Origin: Cycas panzhihuaensis
Taxonomy: Eukaryota > Plantae > Cycadophyta
NCBI GenBank assembly: GCA_023213395.1
Contig: CM041465.1
Location: forward strand, 230,461,741 to 230,525,740
DNA length: 64,000 nt
Direction of reading: 5' to 3'
In this document: piece after piece, positions 28,004 to 42,817 of the stretch
Layout of the letters: each line of letters opens with the position of its first letter
Numbering within the stretch: position 1 is the first letter of the stretch
The notes under the pieces: generated by a model
Told to the model about the DNA's origin: nothing
What the model saw: the letters and a program-made list of their open reading frames with translations, nothing else
Database searches by the model: none
Position numbers and translations under genes: made by a program

Positions 28004-31000
28004 ATGGCACTAATACCAGGGATAACCAACTGCATTCTGATTCTAGTTCTAACCAGTTTAAACTATGCCAATTGGAGGAATCACATTTCCCATTAGCTTA
28101 AATAACAGAAGATATGGCGATATGTAATAGGTGAATTCAAAAAACCAAAAGATGCAACTTTAGAAAGCTATATAGTATATCTGATGAACTCTGATTCAAC
28201 TTTAGGCACCATCCTATCATCACTCTCACCAAAAATCAGTCAGTAGTTCTATGATATAGACGATCTAACCACTGTCTAGAATACTCTTAAGGAAAATTAT
28301 GATAAGGTTGACACACAACAATTGGTTGTCCTAAAACAACACTTGTATGACCTTAATTATGATGATTTTTTCAAAGTCGATGACTTTTTATGCAAAATTC
28401 AACTAATTAATAAAGATCTAAGCAACTCTATTAAAACTACAATTAAAGTAGGTGATGTAGAATAAATAGTCACACATGCTAAAGATGACGATACACTCAT
28501 ACGTCTTGCGATAAACAAACTACCAAAATATTTTAATCTTTTTAAGACTACTAGACAACAAGTTGGTAATCCTCCGATAACTTTTAATCAGTTGACAAAC
28601 TAACTAATTAAACATCAAACAATATTAATTCAAATAGGAAAATTGAAAGATCCTTCTTAGGCTTTCTTTTCCAAATCTAAGCCTTAAAATAAAACCAAAT
28701 ATCAAAACAAATTTAATAGTAATCCAAAATTCTAAAAACCTCATAGAGGTCCACCTCCTAGTTCTCAAAACAATACTATGTATTCTGGTCCATCAAAATA
28801 TCAGAATACTTCCAATCAGTCTCTTTCAAATTAGAACACTGTTAATCCTTCTTAGAACATTAGTTATGCCTACTGCCATAAAAAAGGCTATATTATTGAT
28901 GTCTGCAGAAGTAGAATAGCTTCAGAAGCCTGGAAAGCTTCTAAGGGATTGTAAACTTGACCATAAACCTGACCACAATCTTATAATTATTCTTTAATGA
29001 CAATAACTTCTATATTTGTTGCTCCATTTAATCAATCACCTCAATGGATTCTCAACTCTGGTGCTTCCCATCACATGATAGGACACTAGGAGAATTTATC
29101 TACTTATCAATATGATAGTAACTATGAAGAAGGGATTTCTTTTGGGACTAGATCCCAACTTAAAGTGAAAGGATCAAGGGATGTTACTCTGGAAGATGGT
29201 TCAATCAAGGACGTATTCTACGTGCCTGGGTTGTTACTAAACCTTCTTTTTGTCTACTAAATCTGCCAGAAAAACCTTGTTGTCGAATTCTTGAAAGATA
29301 AATTTATTATTAAAGAACCATTAAACAAATTCAAATCTATTGTATTTGGACCTGTTGATCATAAAAGAGGTCTCTATAGCTTAACTAGTTTACAAAATAC
29401 TAAAACAAAGTCCTTGAGTGCCTTCATAGCCAAATTTGACCCAGTCAGTAAACTATGGCATGCACGATTTAACCATACTAGTTATGGAAAACTTCAGTAC
29501 CTAAAAAGACATGACATGGTTCATGGTCTTCCACCTTTAAATACTGTTTATGGTGTCTGCAAAGCTTGCGTAACAGGTAAGCAACACATGGATCTCTTTC
29601 CATATTAGACTCAATTCAGAGTGAAAGTTCCACTTGAACTTATTCACTCTGATATATGTGGAACATTCCATGTAAGTTCATATTTTTTCTATCATTATTT
29701 TGTCATGTTTATTGATGATTTTTTGAGAAAATATTGGGTGTACACACTCAAGACTCCTAATCAAGTATTTGATATTTTCACTGAATTTAAAACACTTGTA
29801 GAAAGTTAATCAAATTCAAAAATTAAAATTTTCAGATTTAATAATTCCAAAGAATACTTAAGTGGCAAATTCACTTCCTTTTGTAAGAGACACAAAATTC
29901 AATTTTAGTATTTTGTTGTATATACTCCTCAGCAAAACGGTGTTGATGAACTCAAAAACCATACTCTTGTCAAAATGACTCGATACATGCTATATGCAAA
30001 GAGTCTTAACTTAAAGTTGTGGGTAGAAGTAATTGCTTACTCTAACTATCTTTTAAACCATTTACCTAGTAAATCTTTACAAAACGTTACCCCAAAATAA
30101 AAATGGTCTGGACGAAAACCCTTAGTTAAACATTTAAGAATTTTTAGAAGTATTGTATGGGGACACGTTCCCAAAGAAAAATGTAAGAAACTCGATCCTA
30201 AAAGTCAAAAATATATCTTCGTTGGATATAATGAAGAGAGCAAAACTTATAGACGTTTAGATCCAATCACGTACAAAATATCAATTTTGCATGATGTAAT
30301 ATTTAACGAAAAAGGATTCTCTTCAACTTCTACTTATGCAGAGCTTCCTATTGAGAATCTATTAACCAATACCTATTTGGTTGACTCATCTAAAAAATAA
30401 GTTAACTCTGAGACTATAGAATCCTTATCCACATAAGTCCAGGATTGGACTTTATCTGAACCAACCATAATAGATCCCTCTTCTCAAGCTAGCTCCTCAT
30501 CTCAACCTATGACTATAGAAACAATCACAAACAAATAATCCATATAGGCAAAGAAAATACTTTCTGACGTTAGATCTGATGTAGGTATTTCTTCAGATAC
30601 CAGGAGAACTTGTGCTCAAAAATTACATGCTAACTATGCATTAATAGCTAAAATAATGACCAGTGATGATCCCAAAACCTTTAAATAAGTAAGCAACAAG
30701 CTCATATAGCAGCAAGCCATGCAAATTGAAATTGATACTTTAAATAATAATTCAACTTAGGATCTTATTCCACTTCCACTAGGGAAAAATATAGTTGATT
30801 GTAAATGGGTTTATAGAACCAACTACAATTCAACAGGTGCTGTTGAAAAGCATAAAGCTTGCCTAGTTGCGAAAGGATTTTCTCAAATCGATGGTATAGA
30901 TTATAATGAAACCTTTGCACCTGTTGCAAAGATGAATACTATTAAAACTGTTATTGCTATAACAGCTAAATTCAGCTGGGAAATCTATTAAATAGATGTC

Positions 31001-32212
31001 AAGAGTGCATTTCTAAATAGTGATATTAAAGAAGAGATCTACATGACTCAACTGCCTGGTTTTATTGACAACCCTAATTTTATCTGTAAACTAAAGAAAT
31101 CTATCTATGGATTAAAGCAAGCTCTTTGAGCTTAGTACATAAAAGTAGATAATTATCTTACTCAAAATAGATACACTAGATGTATCAGTGATCTAAATCT
31201 CTATTTCAAATGTGAAAATGAGAATCTTACCATATTAATCATGTATGTCAATGATATCATCATCACAGGATCTTCAAATAATAACATTCATCAACTAAAA
31301 ACAACCTTGATGAATAAATTTGAAATGACTGATCTAGGTTTATTACACTATTTTCTAGGATTATAAATTTACTAACACGATTCAAAAATAACCATATATC
31401 AACCAAAATATATTTTAGACCTAATCAAACAGTTTAACATGGAAAATGCTAAATTACTTTTTAATCCTTTACAATTAGGAGTAAAATTATGTACTGATTG
31501 TTCCACACCCTTGTATGATCCAACTTTATATAGGGATCTTATTGGCAGCCTTATTTATTTAATACATACTTGACCTGATATATCTTATGTTGTTACTTTA
31601 TGTTCGTGTTATATGCAAAACCCATATGAATCACACTAGTAAGCTGCTAAACACATTCTTTAATATTTTTAAAATAGTATCTTTTATGATCTAACTTATA
31701 ATTCTTACAGTAATCCTCTAACCTTAATAGGGTATACTGATTTAGATTGGGAATGCGACTCAAATGACCGTAAGTCTACAGTAGGTTATGTGTTTTTTCT
31801 AGATTCCTCACCTATCACATAGTCTAGTAAAAAAATACAGTCTCTAGCTCTATTAATAACCAAAGCTGAATATCGAGCACTTGTTGAAGCAAGCAAAAAA
31901 ACACTTTAGATCAAATCTCTCTTAAATGAAATTGGTCTATTTCCTAACTCTTCTATAGAAATTAAAGTTGATAATCAAGATGCTATTGTTATTGCTATAA
32001 ATCTAGTTGCTCATTATGGAACTAAACACATAGAATTACATCAACATTTTATTCGTAATCTTGTTACTGATAATATTATTCATTTATCTTATTGTCCTAT
32101 AGATTTACAGGTTACTGATATCCTTACTAAGCCATTGACTGAAGTCAAGTTTTTAAACCTGTAAGATTTGTTAGAGATAAAAGAAGTCTCCATCAAAGGG
32201 GGATCAACATGA
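28004..32212 (+). pseudogene. Decayed gag-pol of F1
   Basis: ATG at 28004; WILNSGASHHM (PR); KLWHARFNH...CKAC (GAG-pre-integrase); LELIHSDICG, TPQQNG (IN); YNETFAPVAKM, MYVNDIIITG (RT); TKHIELHQHFIR (RNH). Confidence 0.9.
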
Positions 32213-32713
32213 TGAAGACTTCATTTATCATTATATAAAAAGTTAACATTAAAAGGGGATGTTAGAAAAGCTAATGTTATCTTTTTTATCACATGTATAA
32301 AAGTAAATTTACATGATGTAAAGATTCTTTTTTATATAAGCTAATATTAATTATTAATTATTATGTGAAGGTCATTGAAATGAGCAACTGCCCATTTCAA
32401 CGAACCTCTCATTCTTCAAATAGTCTCTCTTAGATTATAGGAATTAGTTTTCAAGAATTTAGGAGGCTGTCATAAGCCTATCCAAAGGCTAATTTCCTTT
32501 CTTAGTTTGGTAGATAGAGGGTATTCCTGGTTATGAAGGCAATGTAAAATTCTTTAGCAATAAATTTCAAATTAGAGAGGTGTTTTTTCTTCCCCAGAAG
32601 GGGTTTTCCACCTTCCAAAATAATGTGTACATGTGCAATGTTTATCTTCACCTATGTATGGCTAGTTATTTGATCCTAAAGACATTGTACATGCTACCTC
32701 TCTTTACATATCT

Positions 32714-33659
32714 CATAAAATCTATAATAAGATTATGGAAAAAGGCCTAGGAAGTCCTACCCAAAATTGTTAAACTAGACTAAACTAGGTTCCTTTAAGG
32801 ATAACTTATTTTTAACAACATAATTAGTGTAGATAAAGGAATAGAATGAGATATATCATTAGGTTAGGATATCCTTCTTATAAAATTGGACTTTAAGAAA
32901 GCATACAACAGAGTCAAGTGGAAATTCATCATCCATATGCTTTTAAACTTAAGACTTGAACATAAATTCTTTAGAATGGTTTAAGTTTTGTTTACATATA
33001 CTTTTGCTTATATCCTTATTAATGGTGTTTTAATAATATTAATGTAACTAGAAAGATCTATTAAGCATGGTTATGACCTAAGCCCATCTATTAATATCTT
33101 AGTAGTAGATTGTTTTAGTTATTTATTATAAATAAAATATTATAGAGGCCTATTTAGAGGTATTTATTTCTCTGGAACTTAATATAAATAGATAATCAAT
33201 GGATATTTTATCAATAAGTCATTTCTCATAGCTAGGGTTGAGCTTAAGAAGGTTATCAAGTATTAAATATTATAAATAGATTTTATGAGGTGTTTAACTC
33301 CAAAATCTAGTAAGAAAATATAACTTACTATTTTTAATCCATGGAGATAGCTTAGAATGGTTAAACCAATATAGTTGTAATTAGTTTAAACCAAGTGAGA
33401 TTTTAAAATTCTTAGGAATTCCCTTCAACTTTAGTGCTCTACTTGTTTATATATAGGAATATATTGTTAATGAAGTGGAGCAAAAGTTCATCTTGTATTC
33501 CTCCAAGTTCCTATACATAACAAGAGAATTTATTTTTTTTTTCCATGATAATAATAGCATGTTTATTATTCCTCTTATTATATACCATCTAGTGCAGCTC
33601 ATGACAAACTAATGAAGCTCCTAAATACCTTCCTTTTGCTAAATTAGGAAGGAAGGAAA
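32714..33659 (+). pseudogene. Decayed L1 LINE RT region, copy 2 (continues from ~25140-25282)
   Basis: IKLDFKKAYNRVKWKFIIHML at ~32880; KFLGIPF at ~33405. Confidence 0.8.
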
Positions 33660-35160
33660 TGAATTATAAAAAAATAAAATTAATAGAAAATAATAACAAA
33701 TAAATGAAAAAAAAAACAAGAAGCACCAATATCATAATAGTACCCTTAAAGTACCTTAACTTGGATTAAAACCATAAGAATTCAATATTACATCGATATG
33801 TTAATATGATATATTTAGTGTGTATTTATAATATATAACTTGGTTATACATGGGGCCCACCATAAAATATCAACATCATAATAAAATTAATTACATAAAT
33901 GTGCATTATAACTTTGCCTTATGAAGTATGAACCAAGCTATTCTAACACTTTCCCCATAATGCACATTTGGGAACATAGATATTACTTTGAATTTGTAAT
34001 GTTTGATCATTGTAAATGTCTTGAAAATAATATCTAGAGCTTGGTCATTAATCTAATCTTCAAATTGTCTTTGTTATGTTAATTATTGAATGTAGTAATG
34101 GTGCTTGATCTTAATATGCTTCATTCTTTTTCACAAAACAAAGTTCTTTATCATTTGTATAGTATTTTAATTATTATATTGAATCTATGTAAGTTCATTT
34201 TGATTTTGAAGTAGATCTTATAATATATCTCTTAGATTAACTATCTCACAAACTTGATCTTCAACTTATTTGTATTTGTTTTAGGTTCATCATTTTGAAT
34301 CACTTGACATCTTGTCATTCTCTTATTAAAATTTGGATGAAGAATATCTCCTAGATTTATTCAATCACAATCTACTTATCAACTTGCACATCCTTCTTAT
34401 TATTTGAATAATCAAAATCATCTTTTGGAATTTATATACTTAAATTTAAATTAATATTTAAAATAAGAACTTCACTTGAATTTGAATCATCATTAACATC
34501 AATAAATATAAGTAAGATTAATTCATCTTTAACTTCAAATATAATCTCCTTTGAAGTAATAGGAATATCTATAGAAGTAAGTAAAAAAATTTTGACATCT
34601 TGAACTACTTGATCATAATCATCAATAAATTCTTTATATCTAATAATAACAACATGCTCTTCACATTAAACATACTCAATAGTAGTAGTCTCATTAAATT
34701 CAACAATGCATTCAACTATAGTCTTTTTCACATTTAGTAGTATATTCATCAATAATGTTTTCAACCATGTTCTCTTTTTCTTGATATACTTTTTTTTCTT
34801 TGACTTGAGGTTTATGGCATACCTTTTCTTTAATAACTTTTACATTTACTTGAGAATTACCTTTAGCATTACCTTGAGGCTTTAGCCTTCTAAAATAAAT
34901 AAATGGGATGACAAATTCATCAACCTTTTCAAACTTAATTTTGTCTTCAACAATCATTAGTTTTTCTTTAAGTGGTATGATATCTAGAGTATAAATAGAT
35001 TTCAACATATTCCATGCTTCATTTGAAGTAGTAGCATTATATACCTGAGTGTATATATTCCTTTCCAAAGTAGAGAAGATGTAACTAAGTGTTTCTATAT
35101 ATTTTTTTAGAAGTTCTATCAATTCCTATTTTTGATCAAGTGCTAATTTAACTTTAGGAT

Positions 35161-38100
35161 TGAAGGCTTGAGGATAGAGTAAAACTAGATTACAAGCCTA
35201 TATTGATTAACATAACAAATATTTTTTAATAGAAGGTGATCTTAAAGAACACTGGTAGGTTATTGGACCTTATATTTATAGTTGGGGCATTAGGTAAGCC
35301 TATCATCTACTGACACTAGTATTGAGAAATACTGTTTAAAATAAATAATAAAATAATACATACCTGATACCTAAGTCAGCTGATCTTGGTTGCTGGTGGT
35401 CCCACAACATTCCAAAGTGGCAATGCATACTTAATAATAAAATAAATGAATATTATTACTAATATTCTCCCCCATAATATTTATTTTATTTAACTCCAAG
35501 CTTATCTTTAAATTTATGAAATTTGATTTTCCCAAGCACCTTTGTAAATATATCTACCACTTGTTCTTCAGTGCTATAGTAGACTAATTCTATTTCTCTT
35601 GCTTAAACCAATTCCCTTATGAAATAATACTAGGTTTTAATATGCTTTATTCTTCTATGGAATACTAGATTATGTGTCATCTGTATTGTGCTTTGGTTAT
35701 CACACCAAAATTTAGTAAGACCATTTTGCATTACTTGAAGATCATGTAATAGGCGTTGTAACCAAACTGTTTCATATGCACCTACTACTTCTACTTTATA
35801 TTCTACTTCTATAGTAGACAAGGAGATTGTATTCTATTTCTTGGTATTCCAAGCTATAGAGGCTGATCCTAAACAGAATGTATATCCTAATGTAGATTTT
35901 CTACCGTCAATACATCTTACCTAATCTAAATTTGTATACCTAATTAAACTAAAATTTACCAAGGTTTATAGTGTATCCCAAAATTAGTTGTGCCTTTCAG
36001 ATATCTAAGAATTCTCTTAGCATCTTGCTAATGTATAATCTTAGGATCATACATGAATCTTGACACAACATTAACTGAATGCATAATGTTTGGTCATGTC
36101 GATGCTAAGTAAATCAAGCTTCCAATCAATTATTTATAGAGTGTAGGATTAATTGGACTAGAATCATTAAATTTGGATGATTTAACTCCAACTTCTATAG
36201 GTGTAGCTATTTCTTTGCAATCACTCATCTTAAACTTTTAAAGTAAGTCTATGGTATACTTTCTTTGAGAGACAAATATGCTATATTCATCTTGCCACAC
36301 TTCCAATCCTAGGAAGTAGTGTGTAAGACCTAAGTCTGTCATCTCAAATTCCTTACATGTATCATCCTTGAACTTTTGTGATAGATGGGAGTTATTTCTT
36401 GTATATACTAAATCAACAACATAGAGTCTCACAATCGATATAGAATCTCCCTCAATTTAATGTATACGTTTGGATCCAATTGGCTTCTCTTAAATCCTTA
36501 ATCTCTGAAGTATTTATCTATTCTAAAGTATCATGCTTTAGGTGCTTGTTTCAATATATAAAGTGCCTTTTTGAGTTTATATACTTTGTTCTCTTCCCCC
36601 CTGACTTCAAAACCTTTTTTGCTGTTGAACACATATCTCTTTTTCAATATAGCCATTGAGAAAAGTATTTTTGACATCCATTTAGTGAATATTCCAACCT
36701 TTTTGGGCTGCTAGACTTAGTATCATTCAAATAGTCTCCATTATGGTAATAGAAGCAAAGGTTTTATTATAATTGATGCCTTCTCTTTGTGCATAGGCCT
36801 TAGCAATAAGTCTTGCCTTATGTTTATCAATGAAACTATCAAATTTGAACTTGATCTTATAGACTCATTTAGTTCCAATGGCTATTTTATTCAGAGGTAG
36901 ATCAACTAACTCCCAAGTGTCATTCTTGACGATAGAGCTATATTCAACTTGCATGGCATTCTTCCATTCATCCTTGGTATTTGCCTCTTCAAAGGTGTGA
37001 GGCTCATAACATTCCATGACTTAGATCATTAGAGCAAAATCAACTCTATTTGAGCATGTAAATCTCCTTTTAAATTGTTGTCTAATATATTTACTAGATC
37101 ATGGCTCCTTTGTACCCACTTTAGGAACCTTTGAATTTGTAAAATGGTTCTAACATCATTTGGTCTTAATGTATCATTTTATCTTGATACATCATTTGGT
37201 CTTGATTCTTATCTCTGAGGTACATATATAGTCTTAATAGATGAGTCAAGTTCAACCACAATGTTTTTACGTTTGCCTTTACTAATACCTGGCTAGTAGA
37301 AATCATCTTCTTTGAATACAATATCTCTACTCATAATGACTTTTCTTTCTTTAGGATCATTGAGCTTATAGGATTTGGAAACATCACTATATCTTATAAA
37401 TATATATTTAGTGCTTTTATCGTTAAGTTTTTTCCTCTTTTACTCTAGAACATGAACAAATACAAGGCATCCAAATACTCTTAAATAATGTATGCTTGGT
37501 TTGTATCTAGTCCAAGCTTCTTTTGGTGTAAACCACCTAAGGGTTTTAGTGGAACACCTATTTAATAAATAGATTGTAGTATAAATATCTTTTGCCCAAT
37601 GTTTATGGCCTAATTTCTTATCTTTGAGCATATACTTAGTCATTTCAACTATGGTATGATTCTTCCTTTTAGCTACTCCATTATGTTGTGGAGTGTACAG
37701 ATTAGTATACTATCTTATGATTTTATGATAAGTACAATAGATATTAAATTCATTAAAGATAAATTCTCCCACATTGTCTGATCTTAAGAAAAGTATTTTA
37801 TATCCACTTTACTTTTCCACAAAGGTTTTGACGTCTACAAAACATTAGAATGTATCCAATTTGAACTACATGAAATATACCCACATTTTCCTTGTAAAAT
37901 CATCAGTGAAGGTGATGAAGTATTTTGCTCTAGCTAGAGATTGAACATTTATAGGACCACATAGGTCTATATAGATTAACTGAAGTAAAACTTTAGCTCT
38001 ATAACTTCCATCTGGAAATATTTATCTATGTTGTTTACCAAGAAGACATCCTTTACATATTTCTTTATCTATTTCAATTAGAGGTAACCCTTCCACCATG

Positions 38101-41100
38101 TTCATTCCTTTCATTATGGCCAAACTCCCATAGTTTAGATGGCCAAATATTTTATGTCACATATCGCTATCAGTTTTGATGGAGGTCTTTAATGCATAGT
38201 TGTCAGATGGGGGAATGACTAGTTTAAATAGTCAGTCACTAGTCATTTCACCTTTAGCTACAACTGTTTTATTTTTCTTCTTATCCTTAATGGTACACTC
38301 ACGATTTTTAAAAATGAGCTTATAATCTTATTCTATCATCTGACTTACTAATAGTAGATTCTTCTTTAAGGTTGGAACATAGAGGACATTATCAAAGTAT
38401 CTAGTCTCTCCTGCGTTTATGGTGATAAAGGCATTACCTCTGCCATTAGATTCATGAGATGTATTATTACAAAACACAATTCTCCCTTTCTAGTTCTTTT
38501 TAATAGTTTTGAATATTTCCTCCTTATGTGTCATGTAGGTTGAGCATCCAAAATCTATATACCAATAATCCTCTTCTTCATTGGCAATAAGGCTTGATAA
38601 AAATAGTTAATCATTATCCCTATTTTCAATGGCTATATTGGCACTTTCTCTTTGTGGATGGTCATTTTTAGAAAAATGCCTTTTTAGAATGTGTCTAATC
38701 CTATGGTAATATGAACATTAAATAGGTTCTCTGTGTCTTTGACTAAGACTTCTATTTTTGGAGATTCCTCTACCTCTAGAGATTATTCTGTCTCTTTCTA
38801 GATATAGGCCTTAATTTGAGTCTTGAGAATCATTTTGACAATGTAGATTAGGTCCTTGATAGTTACTTTGGCCTTGGCAATAATTGTGGCCATGATAACA
38901 TTGGCTAGACTCTTGATATCTCTCTTAATTATGAAAATCATTCTTAGGTACCTTTGGCTTGAACCTTGATATCTTTGATGTAGGGCTTAATATCTAGGTT
39001 TTTATTCTTGATGGGTATCTTACCTTTGGTTTCTTTCCCTCCCCCTTAAGGATTATTCACTTTCTCTAGAGATTTGACCTTGGTTGTTTGATTTAATCAT
39101 AGCCCTTGTAGCAAAGACATATTCCAATGTCTCTTGGGAACCTTTCTTCTCTTCCATAGTAGGTAACATTGCACTTACTTATTCTAATTTGAAGGTTTTG
39201 AGATCTTTTGATACTTAATACTTACAGTAACCATTTTAAATCTCTTAACTTCTCCTACATATATTAGAACCCTTTTAACTACCCTCTATTCATTTAACAC
39301 TTCACCAAGGGATCTTATTTAGTTTATCAAGTCTTAGACCTTAGTTATGAATTTATTGATATTTTCCTTATATGATATTTTTATGTTCTCAAATTTACTT
39401 CTAAGTATTTGAAACTTGGATGAGGTAACTCCTTTATAGATTAATTTCAATGTATCACATGCTTCCTTATATGTGGTTACTTCACTAACCCTTAGGAATA
39501 TATGGTCCTTTAAGGCACAAAATATAAGTGCTAAAGTTTCATTATCCAATTTAACACATTCTTTGTAAGTTTCTTTTTCAATGTCATTAGCATTGTTATT
39601 AGCATCATCATAACCCGTCTCAATAATTTCCCACAAATCTTTAGCTACGAGGATGAGTTTCATCCTTATACTCTAATTTAGAAAATTATATCTATCAAAT
39701 TTTGGAATAATCATACTACCAAAGTTAGTTGTCATTATTTTTAAAATGTTTATTTAAAGTATCCTCTTAAAAGTTTTAAATTTAATCATATCATATTTAC
39801 CTAGAAGGTTTCTAATCTAGGATCTAAGTCTTTAGGTTTCTAAGGAAAGCTTTCAGTTATTATCTTATCTATTGGCACCTCCCCACAAGTGGAAAATGAG
39901 GGATCCAATATACCGGTACATGAGCACTAGGCTCTATATACCTTAGTATGCAGGCTACTAAGAAGACACAAGACCCCCTTGATCTATTGATCCACCTACA
40001 CTAGATTTATACCTAGTAACAGATCTAATGATGAAAGATTTAATAACTAAGGTACTCATCCCCTCTAAGTATAGCTTGGTCTCTAAACTCCAAAAAGGAT
40101 AAGGTTCTCCACCTTAGTCTGCCACTAAATATACCTAATAGTCAATGGCTTCCTCAACAACTTAGAGTCCACCAAAAATATGTACAAGGTGGTAACTCCA
40201 GGGGTCTTAACCATTCCTCTTGTAAGGTTAGAAAATAGGCTCATTTATATGGGATATTATATTATTAATGTGAAAATTGATTTTAAGTATAGTCTTATTT
40301 ACAAACAAAGATTTTTTTTAATAACAATTAAAAAATAACTTAAAAATATAGTAATAAATGAAATAAAATAATCTTAAAATAAAAGAAAATTAAAATAGAT
40401 AGATTTAAATAAAGTAAATTGAAGTAAGTAAGGGTTAGAGTGTTCTTTTATTTGAAAAAAATTATCCAAAATGTTTGTTTCATTCTTAAAGGGAAAACCT
40501 ATATAAATTTAGCCAAAAACACTTATAAGTCTTAAATTTTAAAGCAAAATCTACTATATACCAATATATCATCAATATGCTTCAATAATCTAAAAGAATG
40601 CTTCAAAGTGAAGTGAAACGTTTAAATTAGGACCAAATAAGAGGGCTAACTTTAGTAGCCTAGAAACCTTGCAAAACCACTTTAAATCAGAATAAAAATG
40701 GCTCCAGTATATAGGTTTCTAAGTTAGTTTTTAAACAATTTAAACTATTAAAAAAATGGACTCCTAGTTTGAAAGATATTAAAGAAAAAATGGAGACACA
40801 TGCTTATGAGTAAAAATTAAAAGGAAGGGTACTTAAGCCCCTTAGCAAATTGGCCCCCTAGTCACCAAGTCACTACATGTGACCTCCTATTGGTCAGTGA
40901 AGGAGGATATGGACTCCAAATGATATCAAAATTGCCTTAATCCTTTTATCCAAAATGATTAAAAATAGCTTATAATCATTTGAAATGCTCCCATTTTTAT
41001 AAATAAATAGGGCAACGTGGGGATATCATGGTGACCACCCATTAGAGAGGAAGGGGGGATACAAACATATAAGTCAAATCTAATCTAGTTTAATTTTTCT

Positions 41101-41118
41101 AAAATATTGCAATATATA

Positions 41119-41152
<34 letters not shown>

Positions 41153-42817
41153 AATGTATTAATAAAAATAATCAAATATTAACGTGTAATTAACTAGAGG
41201 AGAAAGATGCATAAAACAATAAAAAAACTTTGATCTAGATCGAATTGAATTGATCAAATGAGGTCGATTGATCTTTGAAGATATATATAAATATATACAT
41301 CAAAAAATACAAGGAGATAAGCATTAAAAAAGACATAACGAGATTGCCTAATAGTCCCACAAACAAAGAATGCAGTGAAACCAATATAAATCTTTCAAAC
41401 CTTAGATTAATAAAATTGGAGCATGAACCTAATTTGTTTGCCTTTGTATTACTATATGGATCTCTCTAAATCAATCTTAGATTACCTACATCTGATTTAA
41501 AATTAATAAACAATCACAATATTAAAAAAATACCAACATACTATGAGATAACAAGAAGAGGATATACAAGAACATTAAAGATCATAAAACTGCCACTTTA
41601 GAGATGTAAGGAGGCATGCAAGGCCAACCAAGCTTCAGTTAAGCTCCATTAGAGAGAAAAAAAGGCCACATAGGCCACAAACAATAAACACAGGGTAGCC
41701 ACAATTGTAAAAAAGGCCATGCAAGCCACACATAGTGGTAAATATTTGACAATAACCACCAAGAGATGAATGCAAGTCATAAATAAATAGCCAAGGGAAA
41801 AAGAGGCCATGCAGGACCAAAGAAAATAAATGTATAGAGGGCCACAGATTAGAACATAGGTCATGGACACCAATTCTGTATTATACAAATGTTAATTTGA
41901 GTCAAATATTAATTACCCAATTAATAGACATTAATAAAAACACCCAACAAAAGTCACTTCTTTGTATAACAATTGTAATACGGCTTAACAAAGACTAGGA
42001 TTTTAAAAAATGAAGGTAAATTACTTTATTTTTCAATTGGGCAATGGGGTTTTAGTAGGCAAATAGAGTGTGTTACCTTCCAGATGTGATATCTTAGCCG
42101 AGAGGGGATGGTTTTTCGATCTGTATGATTTGAAGCAAAGTAGACTTGTTAATGAGCAAAATGAGTAATCACTTATCGACATTTCATCCAACAGTAGAGG
42201 TGTACTGGCCTATCAAATTCTAAGAACTTGAAAAAACATCAAAAAATAGGATGAGAACTAATTAAAAAAATAATAAAATATCAAATAAAACTTATATAGA
42301 ACTATTCCAAAATGCTATTGGGCTGCATATACCTATAAACGCTGAATATATTTGCTAAATATGTTAGTATATAGAGTATACGAAGCAAATATCTCAAATA
42401 TTTAATAGAAGCTATATGAAAACCTTAGAAAACTAAGTAAATATTTAAAAAAATATCATGTAATATGCTGTTGTAATGCTCCATGTGACAAAATATTGAG
42501 CTCTGATACCAAATAAAGGCTTGAGGATAGAGCAAAACTAGATTACAAGCCCACATTGATAAACATAACAAATACTTCTAAATAGAAGGTGGTGTTAAAG
42601 AACCTCATTGGGTCATTAGATCTTATATTTATAGTCGGGACGTTGGGCAATCCTGTCATCGACCAACACTAGTATTAAGAAATACTGTTTGAAATAAATA
42701 ATAAAATAATATATACCTAATACTTAAGTTGGTTGATATTGGTTGTTGGTAGTCTCACGACATTCTAAAGTGGTATTGCACACTTAATAATAAAATAAAT
42801 GAACATTATTTCTAACA
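35161..42817 (-). mobile_element. Element F2: full-length pseudogenised Ty1/Copia; 304-bp LTRs 35161-35464 (3') and 42514-42817 (5'); 2.76-kb 5' leader
   Basis: Perfect TSD aggat (35156-35160, 42818-42822). Reverse-complement PBS gctctgatacca 42500-42511. Reverse-complement PPT ttctccccca 35465-35474. Empty site at ~22078. Confidence 0.95.
35490..39735 (-). pseudogene. Decayed gag-pol of F2
   Basis: MKLILVAKDLWEIIETGY (gag); YLLNRCSTK...LRVFGC (IN); LYVVDLVYT...FEMTDLGLTHYFLGLEV (RT); WCDNQSTIQMTHNLVFHRRIKHI (RNH). Confidence 0.9.
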
